Positions 10,108 through 19,622 are shown, counted from the first letter of the stretch. The stretch: 32,117 nt of DNA from a bacterium (GCA_039630415.1 JBCNVB010000029.1:1-32117); one strand, 5' to 3'. Notes: a model not told the origin generated them from the sequence alone. Made by a program: numbers and translations.

Positions 10108-10707
10108 GTGATAGTTGTGAATATAAATAAAAGAGTGATATCCAGTTTTGTTATTTTTTCTTCGGTATTCATTTTGATAATATCGTACTTAATTTATACT
10201 AATAACTTGAGTTCACAAGTTTTTGCTGAAGAAAAACAAAAAGGATACACAAAGGAAATGAGAGAAGACATACAAAATAGTCAAGAATTCTGGAACTATC
10301 TGCAAAAAAATCATCCTGAAACATATAATCTTCTTAATCACCTAAAAAATCAAGAACCTAAATACTACAAAAGATTTGTAAAAATAACCAGCAGACTCTA
10401 TATCAAATTAAAGAAAACCCAGGATCAAGAATTAAAAAACATATTCTCAGATCAAATAGATAAACATACAAAATTTGTCAAATTAATAATTGATTATAAA
10501 GATAAGAAAATCAATGAAGATCAGTTTAAAAATGAAGCAAAACAAATACTAAACAAGATACATGACAATGTTATAAGAGTAATGGAAATTAAACTTCAGA
10601 AATATAAGATGGAAAAGCAGCAAAAAATAGAAAAAACAATAGAGAAAATAGTGCAAAAAGTTGATAAACATGAAAGTTTAGAGGAGGATAATGAAAATGA
10701 ATATTAA
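10108..10707 (+). CDS. Hypothetical exported helical protein
   Basis: N-terminal hydrophobic segment ending VFA, then a charged helical body. The start may be GTG 10117 after GGGGGTGA. Confidence 0.7.
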   Translation: MIVVNINKRVISSFVIFSSVFILIISYLIYTNNLSSQVFAEEKQKGYTKEMREDIQNSQEFWNYLQKNHPETYNLLNHLKNQEPKYYKRFVKITSRLYIKLKKTQDQELKNIFSDQIDKHTKFVKLIIDYKDKKINEDQFKNEAKQILNKIHDNVIRVMEIKLQKYKMEKQQKIEKTIEKIVQKVDKHESLEEDNENEY

Positions 10708-10723
10708 CTAAGTTTTTTGATTC

Positions 10724-11662
10724 CTAATTTGTACTACTTTTTTTGGCGTAGCCTTGTGGTATTTGCAAGTCATCTAAACTAAATGGAACAATTTTAACTG
10801 ATTCTAAATTAACAGATTCCATAATGAGAGAATTATTTTTTCTTAGCTGAAGAGAGTAGATTAAATCTTTTTTCTCATGCACAATGATTTGCAGAATCTT
10901 CATCATTTGTGCATCTAGTACATTGTCAAGTGGTATACCACTAATATCCATATTTTGGGATCCATCCGAAAACTTATGCTTTGATAAATATAGTTGAAGA
11001 ATTTTAAAACTACTTGAATCATTCAAAAGATTTTTTAACTCTTCAGAACTTATTAGTTTAATCAATATTAAGAAAGGCTCATTGTTATATGCATAGTTGA
11101 TGTGTAAATCTATTGCTCCTATTTTTTGTGAGTTTACAATTGCATTAGAAGGTTTGTAGTCAATTGTTAAATTTTCTTGGTTATTAGTTTGAGTCTGGCT
11201 CAGAAAAATATTAAAGTTTAAAATATTGAAGTTTTTGGGAAAAATAAATTTGAATGTATTTGTTACTTTTTTTGATGAGTCACTTTTATCAGAAGAATCA
11301 GTTGATTGTTGACTATTCCATAAATCTAAAACTTTATTACCCTTATGAATTTTAATTGAGTATTCTTTACTGGTATGATCTAGTTCTATTTCTTGAGTAG
11401 TATTAGAAGATTGGTCATATTTAATAATTCTGCCACTTCTATGGAATGTAAAACTAAGGAAAAAGAACCTAAGGTCAGAACTACTTTCCTCTTTCCAAAA
11501 ATTATCTGAAACAAAGTAAGAGTTTTTTTGATAAACATCAATAAAATATCTAAATTTCATATATCCCTGTATATTGACTACAGTTTGTTGTGCATATGTT
11601 GCTTTTACATAGAGTAATATCATAAAAAACGATACTACCAGTGTATATAATGACATTTTCAT
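10724..11662 (-). CDS. Hypothetical secreted protein (C-terminus reminiscent of DUF4412/LolA-like folds)
   Basis: AAGGAGGT SD; signal peptide ending TYA; C-terminal 'DDLQIPQGYAK'. Confidence 0.7.
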   Translation of the reverse strand: MKMSLYTLVVSFFMILLYVKATYAQQTVVNIQGYMKFRYFIDVYQKNSYFVSDNFWKEESSSDLRFFFLSFTFHRSGRIIKYDQSSNTTQEIELDHTSKEYSIKIHKGNKVLDLWNSQQSTDSSDKSDSSKKVTNTFKFIFPKNFNILNFNIFLSQTQTNNQENLTIDYKPSNAIVNSQKIGAIDLHINYAYNNEPFLILIKLISSEELKNLLNDSSSFKILQLYLSKHKFSDGSQNMDISGIPLDNVLDAQMMKILQIIVHEKKDLIYSLQLRKNNSLIMESVNLESVKIVPFSLDDLQIPQGYAKKSSTN

Positions 11663-11860
11663 AAAACTTTACCTCCTTCCAGCCTTTACCAGAAAATTCT
11701 ATAATTAGCTCATTTGAACCTTCTTTGAATTGATCAAAGAGTTTGTAAAAAAAATGTAAATTCTCTAACAAAAAATATTTAAATATTCTCATGAAAAGGA
11801 TATATAATATCTTAGTGAGCAAACTATAGCAGTAAAAAATCATAAGGGGAGTGATAAAAG

Positions 11861-12334
11861 TTGAATAAAATAAATGACTCATTTTCATTTCCAGAAAATA
11901 CACCTCTTAAAAATATAAAGCGAGGATTAGAAGAAATAATAGAAGATAAAACCATAGAGAAAAAGGAAGAAAAAGAAAAGAAAGAAAAGGATATCAAAGA
12001 TATCTTAGAATTTCCAGATGTACTATCAGCTGTTTCAAGAGTACCTTCTTATAAAGTACCTCAAATAGATCCTATCTATAGAACAAATAATAATCAAAAT
12101 CAAAACCACAGTGGGAATCATAACCACGATTCAAATACGAATGGTACAATTGAGATAAGGGATGTATACGTTCCCAGAGATCAACAAATACCACCACACA
12201 CTCAAGACAATGTAGATGTATTTGTAAAAACTCAGAATAATAATTATCGTCAAGTAAAACTACCAAATGGTAAAGTTATAACAATGTGTAATTTTGCAGG
12301 AGATCAGTACATACTGAACGATAATATAAAATAG
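11861..12334 (+). CDS. Hypothetical protein, low complexity (K/E- and N/Q/H-rich tracts)
   Basis: 157-aa ORF with GGGGAGTGA SD before TTG. Confidence 0.65.
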   Translation: MNKINDSFSFPENTPLKNIKRGLEEIIEDKTIEKKEEKEKKEKDIKDILEFPDVLSAVSRVPSYKVPQIDPIYRTNNNQNQNHSGNHNHDSNTNGTIEIRDVYVPRDQQIPPHTQDNVDVFVKTQNNNYRQVKLPNGKVITMCNFAGDQYILNDNIK

Positions 12335-12356
12335 TCATAATCTAAGGGGGGATACT

Positions 12357-13421
12357 ATGATAAGAAAAGTAGATAAAAGTTATGTAAACCAATTAACTAC
12401 AACAAATAATAGACAAACATCAAATGCTATAAACCAAAATAGCTATGATGTTCAGGATAAGATACTAATAGATGATCATGAAAAACCTCAAATATATAAC
12501 GCGAATGATATAAAAAGTAAAGTCAAGATCCAAGCATCAGAAAATAACGTACAAATAGGAACGGAAGCACCAGTTGGTAAGGATATTGGAGAGGACAAAG
12601 AAGCAAGAATAAGGGTAACAGGATCAATAGGATACGGTAAACCTGGAGTAGATGGTCCAGGAGTAAAGAGAATAGATCCATACACAATCCAAGCTAATAT
12701 TGGATTATCAGTAAATCCTGCATCTTTTTATGCAGGAATTAAATGTGAAATAGAAGCTGTGGGTAAATCGGATAAAGCTTCAATTCAAGGAGGTATATCA
12801 TTTAGTTTTTCAAAAGGTACTTCTGCTGGTGTAGGTGTAAGTTTACCCTACAACTCATCAGCTACACTTTCCCTTAGAAGTGGAACTCTATCTTTCCAAA
12901 CCACTTTATCAACAGATGTATTAAAACTGCCTGTCAAAATTCCCGGAGGAGCAATATACATGGCTGGAAACGTTGATATAGCTGATATACTACAAAAGTC
13001 CAAAGAAGAACTGTCAAAAGGAAAAGACATAACAAGTATAAAATATCAAATTAAACAAGAAGTTAAGGAACGAATAAAACCAGCTGCAACTAATTTCACT
13101 GAAGCAGTAATCAGAAAAGTAATGGAATTTAACGAACTTTTGTCAAAGAACAGTCAAACGGGCTTCAATGTTAACCCAATGAATACCAAAACATTTGAAA
13201 TCACAAAGCCTACATCAATTCTAAATAGCTCTGGAATATTACCGACTGAGGAAGATAGAAAGTTTGAAAAAGAAGCAAAAGAAGAGCTCAAAAAATTTGG
13301 TATAAAAGTATTTTCAGTGGTAGGAGGTAACGCAATATCATCCCTACTAAGTGCTATAGCACCTTCCATAGACTTAGCTATAGATAATATAAATGAAAAT
13401 GATCTAATATCATTGGTATAA
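12357..13421 (+). CDS. Hypothetical protein with a Gly/Ser-rich amphipathic beta region
   Basis: 354-aa ORF with AAGGGGGG SD; no recognised family. Confidence 0.75.
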   Translation: MIRKVDKSYVNQLTTTNNRQTSNAINQNSYDVQDKILIDDHEKPQIYNANDIKSKVKIQASENNVQIGTEAPVGKDIGEDKEARIRVTGSIGYGKPGVDGPGVKRIDPYTIQANIGLSVNPASFYAGIKCEIEAVGKSDKASIQGGISFSFSKGTSAGVGVSLPYNSSATLSLRSGTLSFQTTLSTDVLKLPVKIPGGAIYMAGNVDIADILQKSKEELSKGKDITSIKYQIKQEVKERIKPAATNFTEAVIRKVMEFNELLSKNSQTGFNVNPMNTKTFEITKPTSILNSSGILPTEEDRKFEKEAKEELKKFGIKVFSVVGGNAISSLLSAIAPSIDLAIDNINENDLISLV

Positions 13422-13435
13422 TTGTTTTAGGATTT

Positions 13436-13939
13436 ATGTTAAAAATACCTAAGTGCTTCATTAGTACAGTAATCATACTTGTTTTACAGATAAGCCAATT
13501 TTGTTTATCCTCAGAGCTAAGACTAGGATATGAAGTAGATATGAGACCAAAAAATTTGAATGTTAGACAAAATATCTTTATTGACTATAAACTATCTGAA
13601 AGATACAGAATGAGAATGATTTTCAACGACATAGACATGGATAAAGATCTTTTCACAGATAAACTTGATGTAAGATTTAGATTGTACTATATTCCTTCAA
13701 AAGGGAAGCAGTGGTTTTTTACTCTGGGAAGTAATCTAAAAACCTTGGGTTACTCTCATAGAATAAAAGATACTGAATATGAGTTAGTAGGAGCAAGAAG
13801 AAAGCAAAGACTGGAGGTAGATGCAGCCATTAGACTGCATCTATCCCAGTTTTTTACTCTTAAGTTAGGTTTTGTTAACATTTTATCCCCTAGAAGAGAG
13901 TTCTATATTAGACCTCGTTTCGTATTTTTAATAAAATAA
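13436..13939 (+). CDS. Hypothetical exported beta-strand protein (small outer-membrane beta-barrel-like)
   Basis: Signal-like N-terminus; alternating hydrophobic/polar strands; ends …PRFVFLIK. Confidence 0.65.
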   Translation: MLKIPKCFISTVIILVLQISQFCLSSELRLGYEVDMRPKNLNVRQNIFIDYKLSERYRMRMIFNDIDMDKDLFTDKLDVRFRLYYIPSKGKQWFFTLGSNLKTLGYSHRIKDTEYELVGARRKQRLEVDAAIRLHLSQFFTLKLGFVNILSPRREFYIRPRFVFLIK

Positions 13940-13968
13940 TGTTAACGTACCTTTAGGGAACAAAATTT

Positions 13969-14316
13969 TTAGTAATTCCTTACATTATATTTCTCCATTA
14001 ACTGCAAAAGAGAGTTCAGATATATTTCTTTAGATTTTTGTATATCATACTGCCCACTAATAACTACTTTGCAACAAGGATAAAAAGACCTAACATACTT
14101 ATGTATTGCTTCAACAAATTCTTGCTCATTAATTATCATATCTTTGTTAAGATCAGAATTTTTTAAACTATGGTAGAATTTCTCAACAAATTTTTCATCT
14201 TCTGTTCCTCTTACTTTTTGATACAGGTCTTCTATGTTAATATATTCTTTGTTTTGGTTTCTATGATATTCTATTCTGAGTGGTTCTGTTCTTGGATTAA
14301 TTCTGTTTATTTCCAT
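13969..14316 (-). CDS. Hypothetical protein with an EF-hand-like loop
   Basis: AGGAGGGG SD; DLNKDMIINEQEF matches DxNxDxxIxxxEF. Confidence 0.65.
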   Translation of the reverse strand: MEINRINPRTEPLRIEYHRNQNKEYINIEDLYQKVRGTEDEKFVEKFYHSLKNSDLNKDMIINEQEFVEAIHKYVRSFYPCCKVVISGQYDIQKSKEIYLNSLLQLMEKYNVRNY

Positions 14317-14430
14317 ACTTATCCCCTCCTGGTTATATTTTTAGTGGTTTAAATTAAAGGGTTGATGTATTAATGGAGCGTGGATTAGTAGAGATAGTGT
14401 TTATTTTTTTAAGAAATTGTAAAAACTTTT

Positions 14431-14727
14431 TTATTTTCTATAAACTATCCTTCCCTTAGATAAATCATAAACGGACAATTGAACCACTACTCTATCGCCT
14501 ACTGCGACTTTGATAAAATTTATTCTCATTTTACCTGATAGATGGGCAAGTACTGTAGCTCCATTGTCTAGTTTTACTCTAAAAACACCGTTGGGTAAAG
14601 CTTCAATTATCTCTCCTTCAGTTTCTATAAAATCTTTAAGTATTTTGATATCTTTTTTTTCACCCTTGGTAGTATTATTATTGGTAGCGTGTGTTTTTGT
14701 AGTTTTCTTTTTGTTATCTTTCTTCAT
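14431..14727 (-). CDS. infA: Translation initiation factor IF-1 (N-terminally extended)
   Basis: [23 protein letters not shown]…[15 protein letters not shown]…GDRVVV…[11 protein letters not shown]. Confidence 0.97.
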   Translation of the reverse strand: MKKDNKKKTTKTHATNNNTTKGEKKDIKILKDFIETEGEIIEALPNGVFRVKLDNGATVLAHLSGKMRINFIKVAVGDRVVVQLSVYDLSKGRIVYRK

Positions 14728-14744
14728 TATGTAGATTTGAGAAG

Positions 14745-14819
14745 CGGGGACGACGGGACTTGAACCCGCGACCTTTGGCGTGACAGGCCAACGTTCTGAC
14801 CGTGCTGAACTACGCCCCC
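14745..14819 (-). tRNA. tRNA-Asp (GTC), CCA not encoded
   Basis: Acceptor stem GGGGGCG/CGTCCCC, D stem GTTC/GAAC, anticodon arm TTGGC-CT-GTC-AC-GCCAA, T arm GCGGG-TTCAAGT-CCCGT, discriminator G followed by CTT. Confidence 0.97.
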
Positions 14820-14955
14820 TTCCTTCCCTATTCTATTTTCTACTCCCAAATCAAAAATCCTTCCTAAAAATTCCAATGAAGGATTGTATTTGAAAAATAT
14901 TTAATCTTATTATGTGAATGATAGTGAATAAGAGTATATTCATAAGGAGGGCTAT

Positions 14956-15318
14956 ATGCTTATAATAACTGAAAAGGCAAAACAAAAAATAACTGAAATG
15001 CTTAATCAAGAAGGACAAGGCTATTATCTTAGACTATACGCTATACCTTCTGGATGCTGCGGAATAGATTTTGGAATGGAAATAACAAACGAAACCGATA
15101 GCTCAGATAACTTTATAGATCTCGAAAAGTTCAAAGTAGTAGTGGATGATTTTTCTTATCCATTCATAGAAAACCTTGAAATTGATGTAGTAGAAAGAGA
15201 AAATAAAGTATACTTTGTAGTTAGTCAGCAAAAACAAAATGGCTGTGGATGTTCATGTCAATCCTGTGAATGTCAATCATCCACCTGCTCTTGTGGAAGT
15301 AACTGTAATTGCCATTAA
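14956..15318 (+). CDS. HesB/IscA/SufA-family A-type Fe-S carrier with a Cys-rich tail
   Basis: MLIITEKAKQKI…LRL…SGCCG…VVVDDFS…CGC; AAGGAGG SD. Confidence 0.85.
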   Translation: MLIITEKAKQKITEMLNQEGQGYYLRLYAIPSGCCGIDFGMEITNETDSSDNFIDLEKFKVVVDDFSYPFIENLEIDVVERENKVYFVVSQQKQNGCGCSCQSCECQSSTCSCGSNCNCH

Positions 15319-15363
15319 TTCAAAAGGATAATAATCTCCATACGCAGAAATAGTATACTATCT

Positions 15364-16203
15364 ATGATACTGGGAAGCTTCCTAAAATACAATATACTAA
15401 ACATAGAAATACACCTAAACACAATAGTAAGCACATGGATTGTAATGAGTATAATCATAATATTTGGAATATTCTACAGAATGTCAGTAATGAAAACAAT
15501 AAAAACTCTCAAATCTTATCCTTATAAGTCTGATATACTTATACCCAAAAGTATAAGCATACAAAATATATTCGAAATGATTATAGAAGGAATAAACAGT
15601 ATAAATCAAAGTATTCTGGGTAAGAAAATCTCAGAAAAATATATGGTTTTACTTGTATCATATTTCATTTTTATTCTGTTTTCTAATCTTTTTGGATACA
15701 TACCTGCCTTTATTAAGTATAATGAGTATAGCTTAATAACACCTCCAACTTCAGACCTAAGTACTACACTTGCTCTAACTGTAATATCTGTGATAACCTA
15801 TAACCTAATTGCCATAAAAGAAACCGGTTTTAAGAACTGGTTAGAACATTTCATTTTCCCAATACCCTATATCCTTAAGCTAGGAAAGGAAAAAGTAACT
15901 ATAGCAATAGCTATAATCCTACTACCTCTTTTTCTTCTACTAAATATTATTGACATTCTTGCAAGAACAATATCATTATCCTTAAGATTATTTGCTAATA
16001 TATTTTCTGAACATTTGATGATAGAAAAGTTTGTAGAACAAATAATTATAAACTCACAAATTTTCATAAAAATATTTCTCTATATCTTAACGTTTTTCGT
16101 GATGTTTCTGGGGTTAGCAGCCTCGATAATACAAGCACTTATTTTTGAAGTTCTCAGTGCAATATATATTGCTTTATATCTACCCCATGATAACCATGAA
16201 TAA
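15364..16203 (+). CDS. atpB: ATP synthase F0 subunit a
   Basis: PPTSDLSTTLAL, ARTISLSLRLFANI, IQALIF. Confidence 0.93.
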   Translation: MILGSFLKYNILNIEIHLNTIVSTWIVMSIIIIFGIFYRMSVMKTIKTLKSYPYKSDILIPKSISIQNIFEMIIEGINSINQSILGKKISEKYMVLLVSYFIFILFSNLFGYIPAFIKYNEYSLITPPTSDLSTTLALTVISVITYNLIAIKETGFKNWLEHFIFPIPYILKLGKEKVTIAIAIILLPLFLLLNIIDILARTISLSLRLFANIFSEHLMIEKFVEQIIINSQIFIKIFLYILTFFVMFLGLAASIIQALIFEVLSAIYIALYLPHDNHE

Positions 16204-16236
16204 ATACAGAAACAAGAATGCAAAGGAGGAAAAAAC

Positions 16237-16611
16237 ATGAATAGAATGTCGAAAAATACTCTAGTGATTTACTCAATAATACTTATATCAATAATTCTAA
16301 CAGTTAGTATAGTAGCTGCAAGTACGACATCTGTAACACCAACACCGGAATTTATGAAAACACAAGAACTTATGAAACCTCAAATGCAAGATAAACTTTA
16401 TAAATCATTGGGAGTACTAGGATTAGGATTTGCAGCAGGATTAGGAGGATTAGGTATAGGAGTTTTATCCAAAGCTTTTATAGAAGGAATATATAGAAAC
16501 CCTGAAACAACCAACAAAATGCTAGTATGGTTCTTTGTAGCTTTTGCTCTAATAGAAGCACAAGTACTGTACACCTTATTCTTTGTATTCCAATTATTCT
16601 TTGCAAAATAA
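16237..16611 (+). CDS. atpE: ATP synthase F0 subunit c with N-terminal leader
   Basis: Gly-rich helix GLGFAAGLGGLGIG, RNPE loop, conserved Glu in ALIEAQVLY; AAGGAGG SD. Confidence 0.93.
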   Translation: MNRMSKNTLVIYSIILISIILTVSIVAASTTSVTPTPEFMKTQELMKPQMQDKLYKSLGVLGLGFAAGLGGLGIGVLSKAFIEGIYRNPETTNKMLVWFFVAFALIEAQVLYTLFFVFQLFFAK

Positions 16612-16614
16612 GGA

Positions 16615-17121
16615 GTGAACTATATGGACCAAATACTTAGCTTTTGGACGCTTATACTCCAAATAGTTAACTTCACAATATTTTCTGTATTAGCATATTT
16701 CCTTTTCTATAAACCATTTAAAATGATAACTGAAGAAAGAAAGAATATGATTCAAAAAAATATTCAAACAGCTGAAGAAATTAGAAAAGACGTAGAAAAA
16801 ATTAAACAAGACCTAGAACTAAAACTTAATGAAATATACAAGGAAAGAGAGAGAATAATACAAGAATCAATGAAAGAAGCAGAAAATATAAAAAATTATA
16901 TCATAGAAGAAGCACAAAATAAAGCAAATGAAATTCAATCTAAAACTCTAAAAGAAATAGAACTAGCTCAGAAAAAAGTTATAGATGAAATAAAAGCTAC
17001 TTATATAGAAATCATTTCCTCCCTTGCTAAAGGGGTTCTCAGAGAAGTAGTTGATACCTCGTTGAATCAAAAAATAATAGAAGTAACAACTAAAAAAATA
17101 AAGGAAATGGATAAAAACTGA
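16615..17121 (+). CDS. atpF: ATP synthase F0 subunit b
   Basis: QIVNF…FLFYKPF…EERK followed by a coiled coil; lies after atpE. Confidence 0.92.
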   Translation: MNYMDQILSFWTLILQIVNFTIFSVLAYFLFYKPFKMITEERKNMIQKNIQTAEEIRKDVEKIKQDLELKLNEIYKERERIIQESMKEAENIKNYIIEEAQNKANEIQSKTLKEIELAQKKVIDEIKATYIEIISSLAKGVLREVVDTSLNQKIIEVTTKKIKEMDKN

Positions 17122-17123
17122 CT

Positions 17124-17687
17124 ATGTTGTCAATAGCAGCAAGATATGCTTTTTCATTATTCAACAAAGCTAAAGAAAAAAATAAAGTAGAACAAGTTAT
17201 GAATGAACTACAAAAATTTACTGAGATTATACAGAAAAATAAAGATCTAGAGAGATTGTGGAATTCTCTATCAATACCGTACACGATAAAGGAAAGTATA
17301 CTTCTAAAAAGGATTAGCTTTTCTGAAATAACTACAAATTTTCTTAAGCTAATTCTACTCAAAAAAAGACAAAAGCTTTTACCAAAGATATTTTATTACT
17401 ATAAGCTAGTATACAATTACCAAAATAAAATCCTAGAAGTAGATATAAAAACAGCTTTTGAAATAAATCAAGATCAATTACAAAAAATAATACAATTACT
17501 TGAAAACAATCTAAAACTTAAAGTAAAATTAAAGAATATATCGATTGATAGAGAAATTATAGGAGGAATTATTGTCATTAGTGATGATCTGATTATAGAT
17601 CTATCAGTAAAAAAGGACTTAGATAAAGCATTAAGAAAAATAGAAGAAACAATAAATAATAAAATGGATGAACTTAAGATAGTATAA
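17124..17687 (+). CDS. atpH: ATP synthase F1 subunit delta
   Basis: IAARYAFSLF, NFLKLILLKKR, IDREIIGGIIV…IDLSVK. Confidence 0.92.
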   Translation: MLSIAARYAFSLFNKAKEKNKVEQVMNELQKFTEIIQKNKDLERLWNSLSIPYTIKESILLKRISFSEITTNFLKLILLKKRQKLLPKIFYYYKLVYNYQNKILEVDIKTAFEINQDQLQKIIQLLENNLKLKVKLKNISIDREIIGGIIVISDDLIIDLSVKKDLDKALRKIEETINNKMDELKIV

Positions 17688-17699
17688 GGAGGAATCAAA

Positions 17700-18128
17700 A
17701 TGAGACATAGAAAGAGATATAAAAAGCTAGGAAAATATACCGAACACAGAATATCTATGTTAAAAAACTTACTTAAAAGCATAATATCTAGTCCAAAACT
17801 AGAAATTGTAACTAGTATAGCAAAAGCTAAAGCTTTGTCTAAATTTGGATCAAAAGTAATAACATATTGTAAAAAGGCAGCAAAAATAAAAAATCTTATA
17901 AATAATTCTCCAGAAGAACAAAAGAATACTCTAAAATCAAAACTGGTAAATTTATCTAGAAAAATATACCAATATCTAGGAAATAGAAAACTTGTAAAAA
18001 GCGCAATTGACTTGGGAACTGTATTAAATTCAAAAAATAAAGATAAAGGCGGATATTTCAGCATATACCGTATCGGATTTAGAAAAGGAGATTGTTGTCC
18101 ACAAGCAATAGTTAAAATAAATACATAA
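17700..18128 (+). CDS. rplQ: 50S ribosomal protein L17
   Basis: MRHRKRYKKLG…HRISMLKNL…TSIAKAK…GGY…RKGD; AAGGAGG SD. Confidence 0.93.
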   Translation: MRHRKRYKKLGKYTEHRISMLKNLLKSIISSPKLEIVTSIAKAKALSKFGSKVITYCKKAAKIKNLINNSPEEQKNTLKSKLVNLSRKIYQYLGNRKLVKSAIDLGTVLNSKNKDKGGYFSIYRIGFRKGDCCPQAIVKINT

Positions 18129-18143
18129 AAGGTATAATACAAA

Positions 18144-19622
18144 ATGATAAAGTTTGGTACTGACGGTTGGAGAGCTATAATATCACAAGATTTTACTATT
18201 GAAAATTTAACTAAAGTTATATCGGCTATAGCTCAATTGATAAAATCAGAAGAAAGAAGAAAACTCGAAATTTACAATATAGATTATAGCAAATACACTC
18301 AGGCTTCCTACAAGGTACAATATAGAGATTATACTAAAGGTGTTGCTATAGGATACGATTATAGATTCATGTCGGAATACTTTGCTCAAAAAACAGCTGA
18401 AATAATCTCATCATATAATATACCTGTGTTCTTATCACAAAACCCCTGCTCAACACCAGCTCTATCAATGAAAGTAGCTAAAAATTTTGCAGCCGGTATA
18501 ATGATCACAGCCTCCCATAATCCCTACATATACAATGGAGTTAAATACAAAGCAGAATATGGTGGTTCAGCTACCGATCAAATGACCAAAATTATAGAAA
18601 AACACCTAGATCAAATAGATACAAACCTAAAACCCAATTATAGCATAATAAATCGGTCATTAGACTTTCAGCAAGAATATCTAGAGAATATCTCAAATAA
18701 CATAGATCTTGAAAAAATCAAAAAATTCATACAAAAAAATAATATAATAGTTATCGTAGATTATATGTTTGGAGTTCTATCAGGAAGTTTCAAAAAGATT
18801 CTAAATTTAGAAAGCATAATAGAAATAAATAATTATAGAAATCCATATTTTAATGGTCTTTCTCCTGAACCCATACCACAAAACTTGCAAGAGCTAAAGA
18901 AAATAGTTAAGCTTATAGGACCAAATAGTATAGGTTTTGCTTTTGATGGAGACGGAGATAGAATATTTGCAATAAATAATCAAGATTGGATAACACCTCA
19001 TGAGATATTACCTCTTCTCGCAATCCATCTGATAAAAAATAGAAAATGGGAAGGAAAGGTGGTCAGAACCATATCTACTTCAACTAAAATAGATAGACTT
19101 GCTGAAAAATTCAATATAGAATCCATACAAACTCCCGTGGGATTCAAATATATAGCAGATCTATTTATAAGGGAAAATATCTTGATTGGAGGAGAAGAAA
19201 GTGGAGGTATAGGATTTAAAAACCATATTCCAGAAAGAGATAGTCTTTTAAATGCACTCTTAATATTGGAAATGCTAGCAGATCTAAACATACACCCATC
19301 TGAAGTTCTAAACTACTTACACTCTATGACTGAACAATCTTCATGCCACAGAAAAGATCTACATTTTCAATCAATAGATGAGCAAAAATATAAATATCAC
19401 AAGATATCTCAAGATCCAAATAGCTTAAAGCAAATATTCGAACAAGCTTCTATACAAATTGAAATCAAGGATTACATTAAACTAGAAAAAGATAAAAAGA
19501 ATTGGGTTTTAATAAGGCCATCGGGAACCGAACCTGTAATTAGAATATACAGTGAAGCGGATACATACGAAAAAGCTGTAGATAACACTCAAAAAGTATC
19601 TAATATACTTCAGCAGATTTGA
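18144..19622 (+). CDS. Phosphoglucomutase/phosphomannomutase family protein
   Basis: IKFGTDGWR, TASHNP, DGDGDR, GEESGG, RPSGTEP. Confidence 0.95.
   Translation: MIKFGTDGWRAIISQDFTIENLTKVISAIAQLIKSEERRKLEIYNIDYSKYTQASYKVQYRDYTKGVAIGYDYRFMSEYFAQKTAEIISSYNIPVFLSQNPCSTPALSMKVAKNFAAGIMITASHNPYIYNGVKYKAEYGGSATDQMTKIIEKHLDQIDTNLKPNYSIINRSLDFQQEYLENISNNIDLEKIKKFIQKNNIIVIVDYMFGVLSGSFKKILNLESIIEINNYRNPYFNGLSPEPIPQNLQELKKIVKLIGPNSIGFAFDGDGDRIFAINNQDWITPHEILPLLAIHLIKNRKWEGKVVRTISTSTKIDRLAEKFNIESIQTPVGFKYIADLFIRENILIGGEESGGIGFKNHIPERDSLLNALLILEMLADLNIHPSEVLNYLHSMTEQSSCHRKDLHFQSIDEQKYKYHKISQDPNSLKQIFEQASIQIEIKDYIKLEKDKKNWVLIRPSGTEPVIRIYSEADTYEKAVDNTQKVSNILQQI

Noticed and set aside
10076-10111. 11-codon Asn-rich uORF (MNVNNNNMIRG) after AAGAGGT
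   Set aside because: No attenuator hairpin and the downstream gene is unrelated to amino-acid synthesis; probably chance.
11550-11903. 117-aa - strand ORF
   Set aside because: Spans a divergent promoter region and overlaps two better-supported genes.
14745-14819. tRNA-Asp as an integration site for the accessory region
   Set aside because: No duplicated tRNA 3' end and no integrase seen; infA follows directly.
14856-14942. Short inverted repeats (AATCCTTC/GAAGGATT; TGAATA/TATTCA) upstream of the iscA-like gene
   Set aside because: Too short to assign to a regulator without comparative data.
17474-18142. 222-aa - strand ORF, and similar shadows (9484, 12488-13369, 15867, 17090, 18998, 19944, 20664, 25027, 25300, 29219)
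   Set aside because: Antisense to (or overlapping) clearly identified genes, with composition typical of shadow frames.
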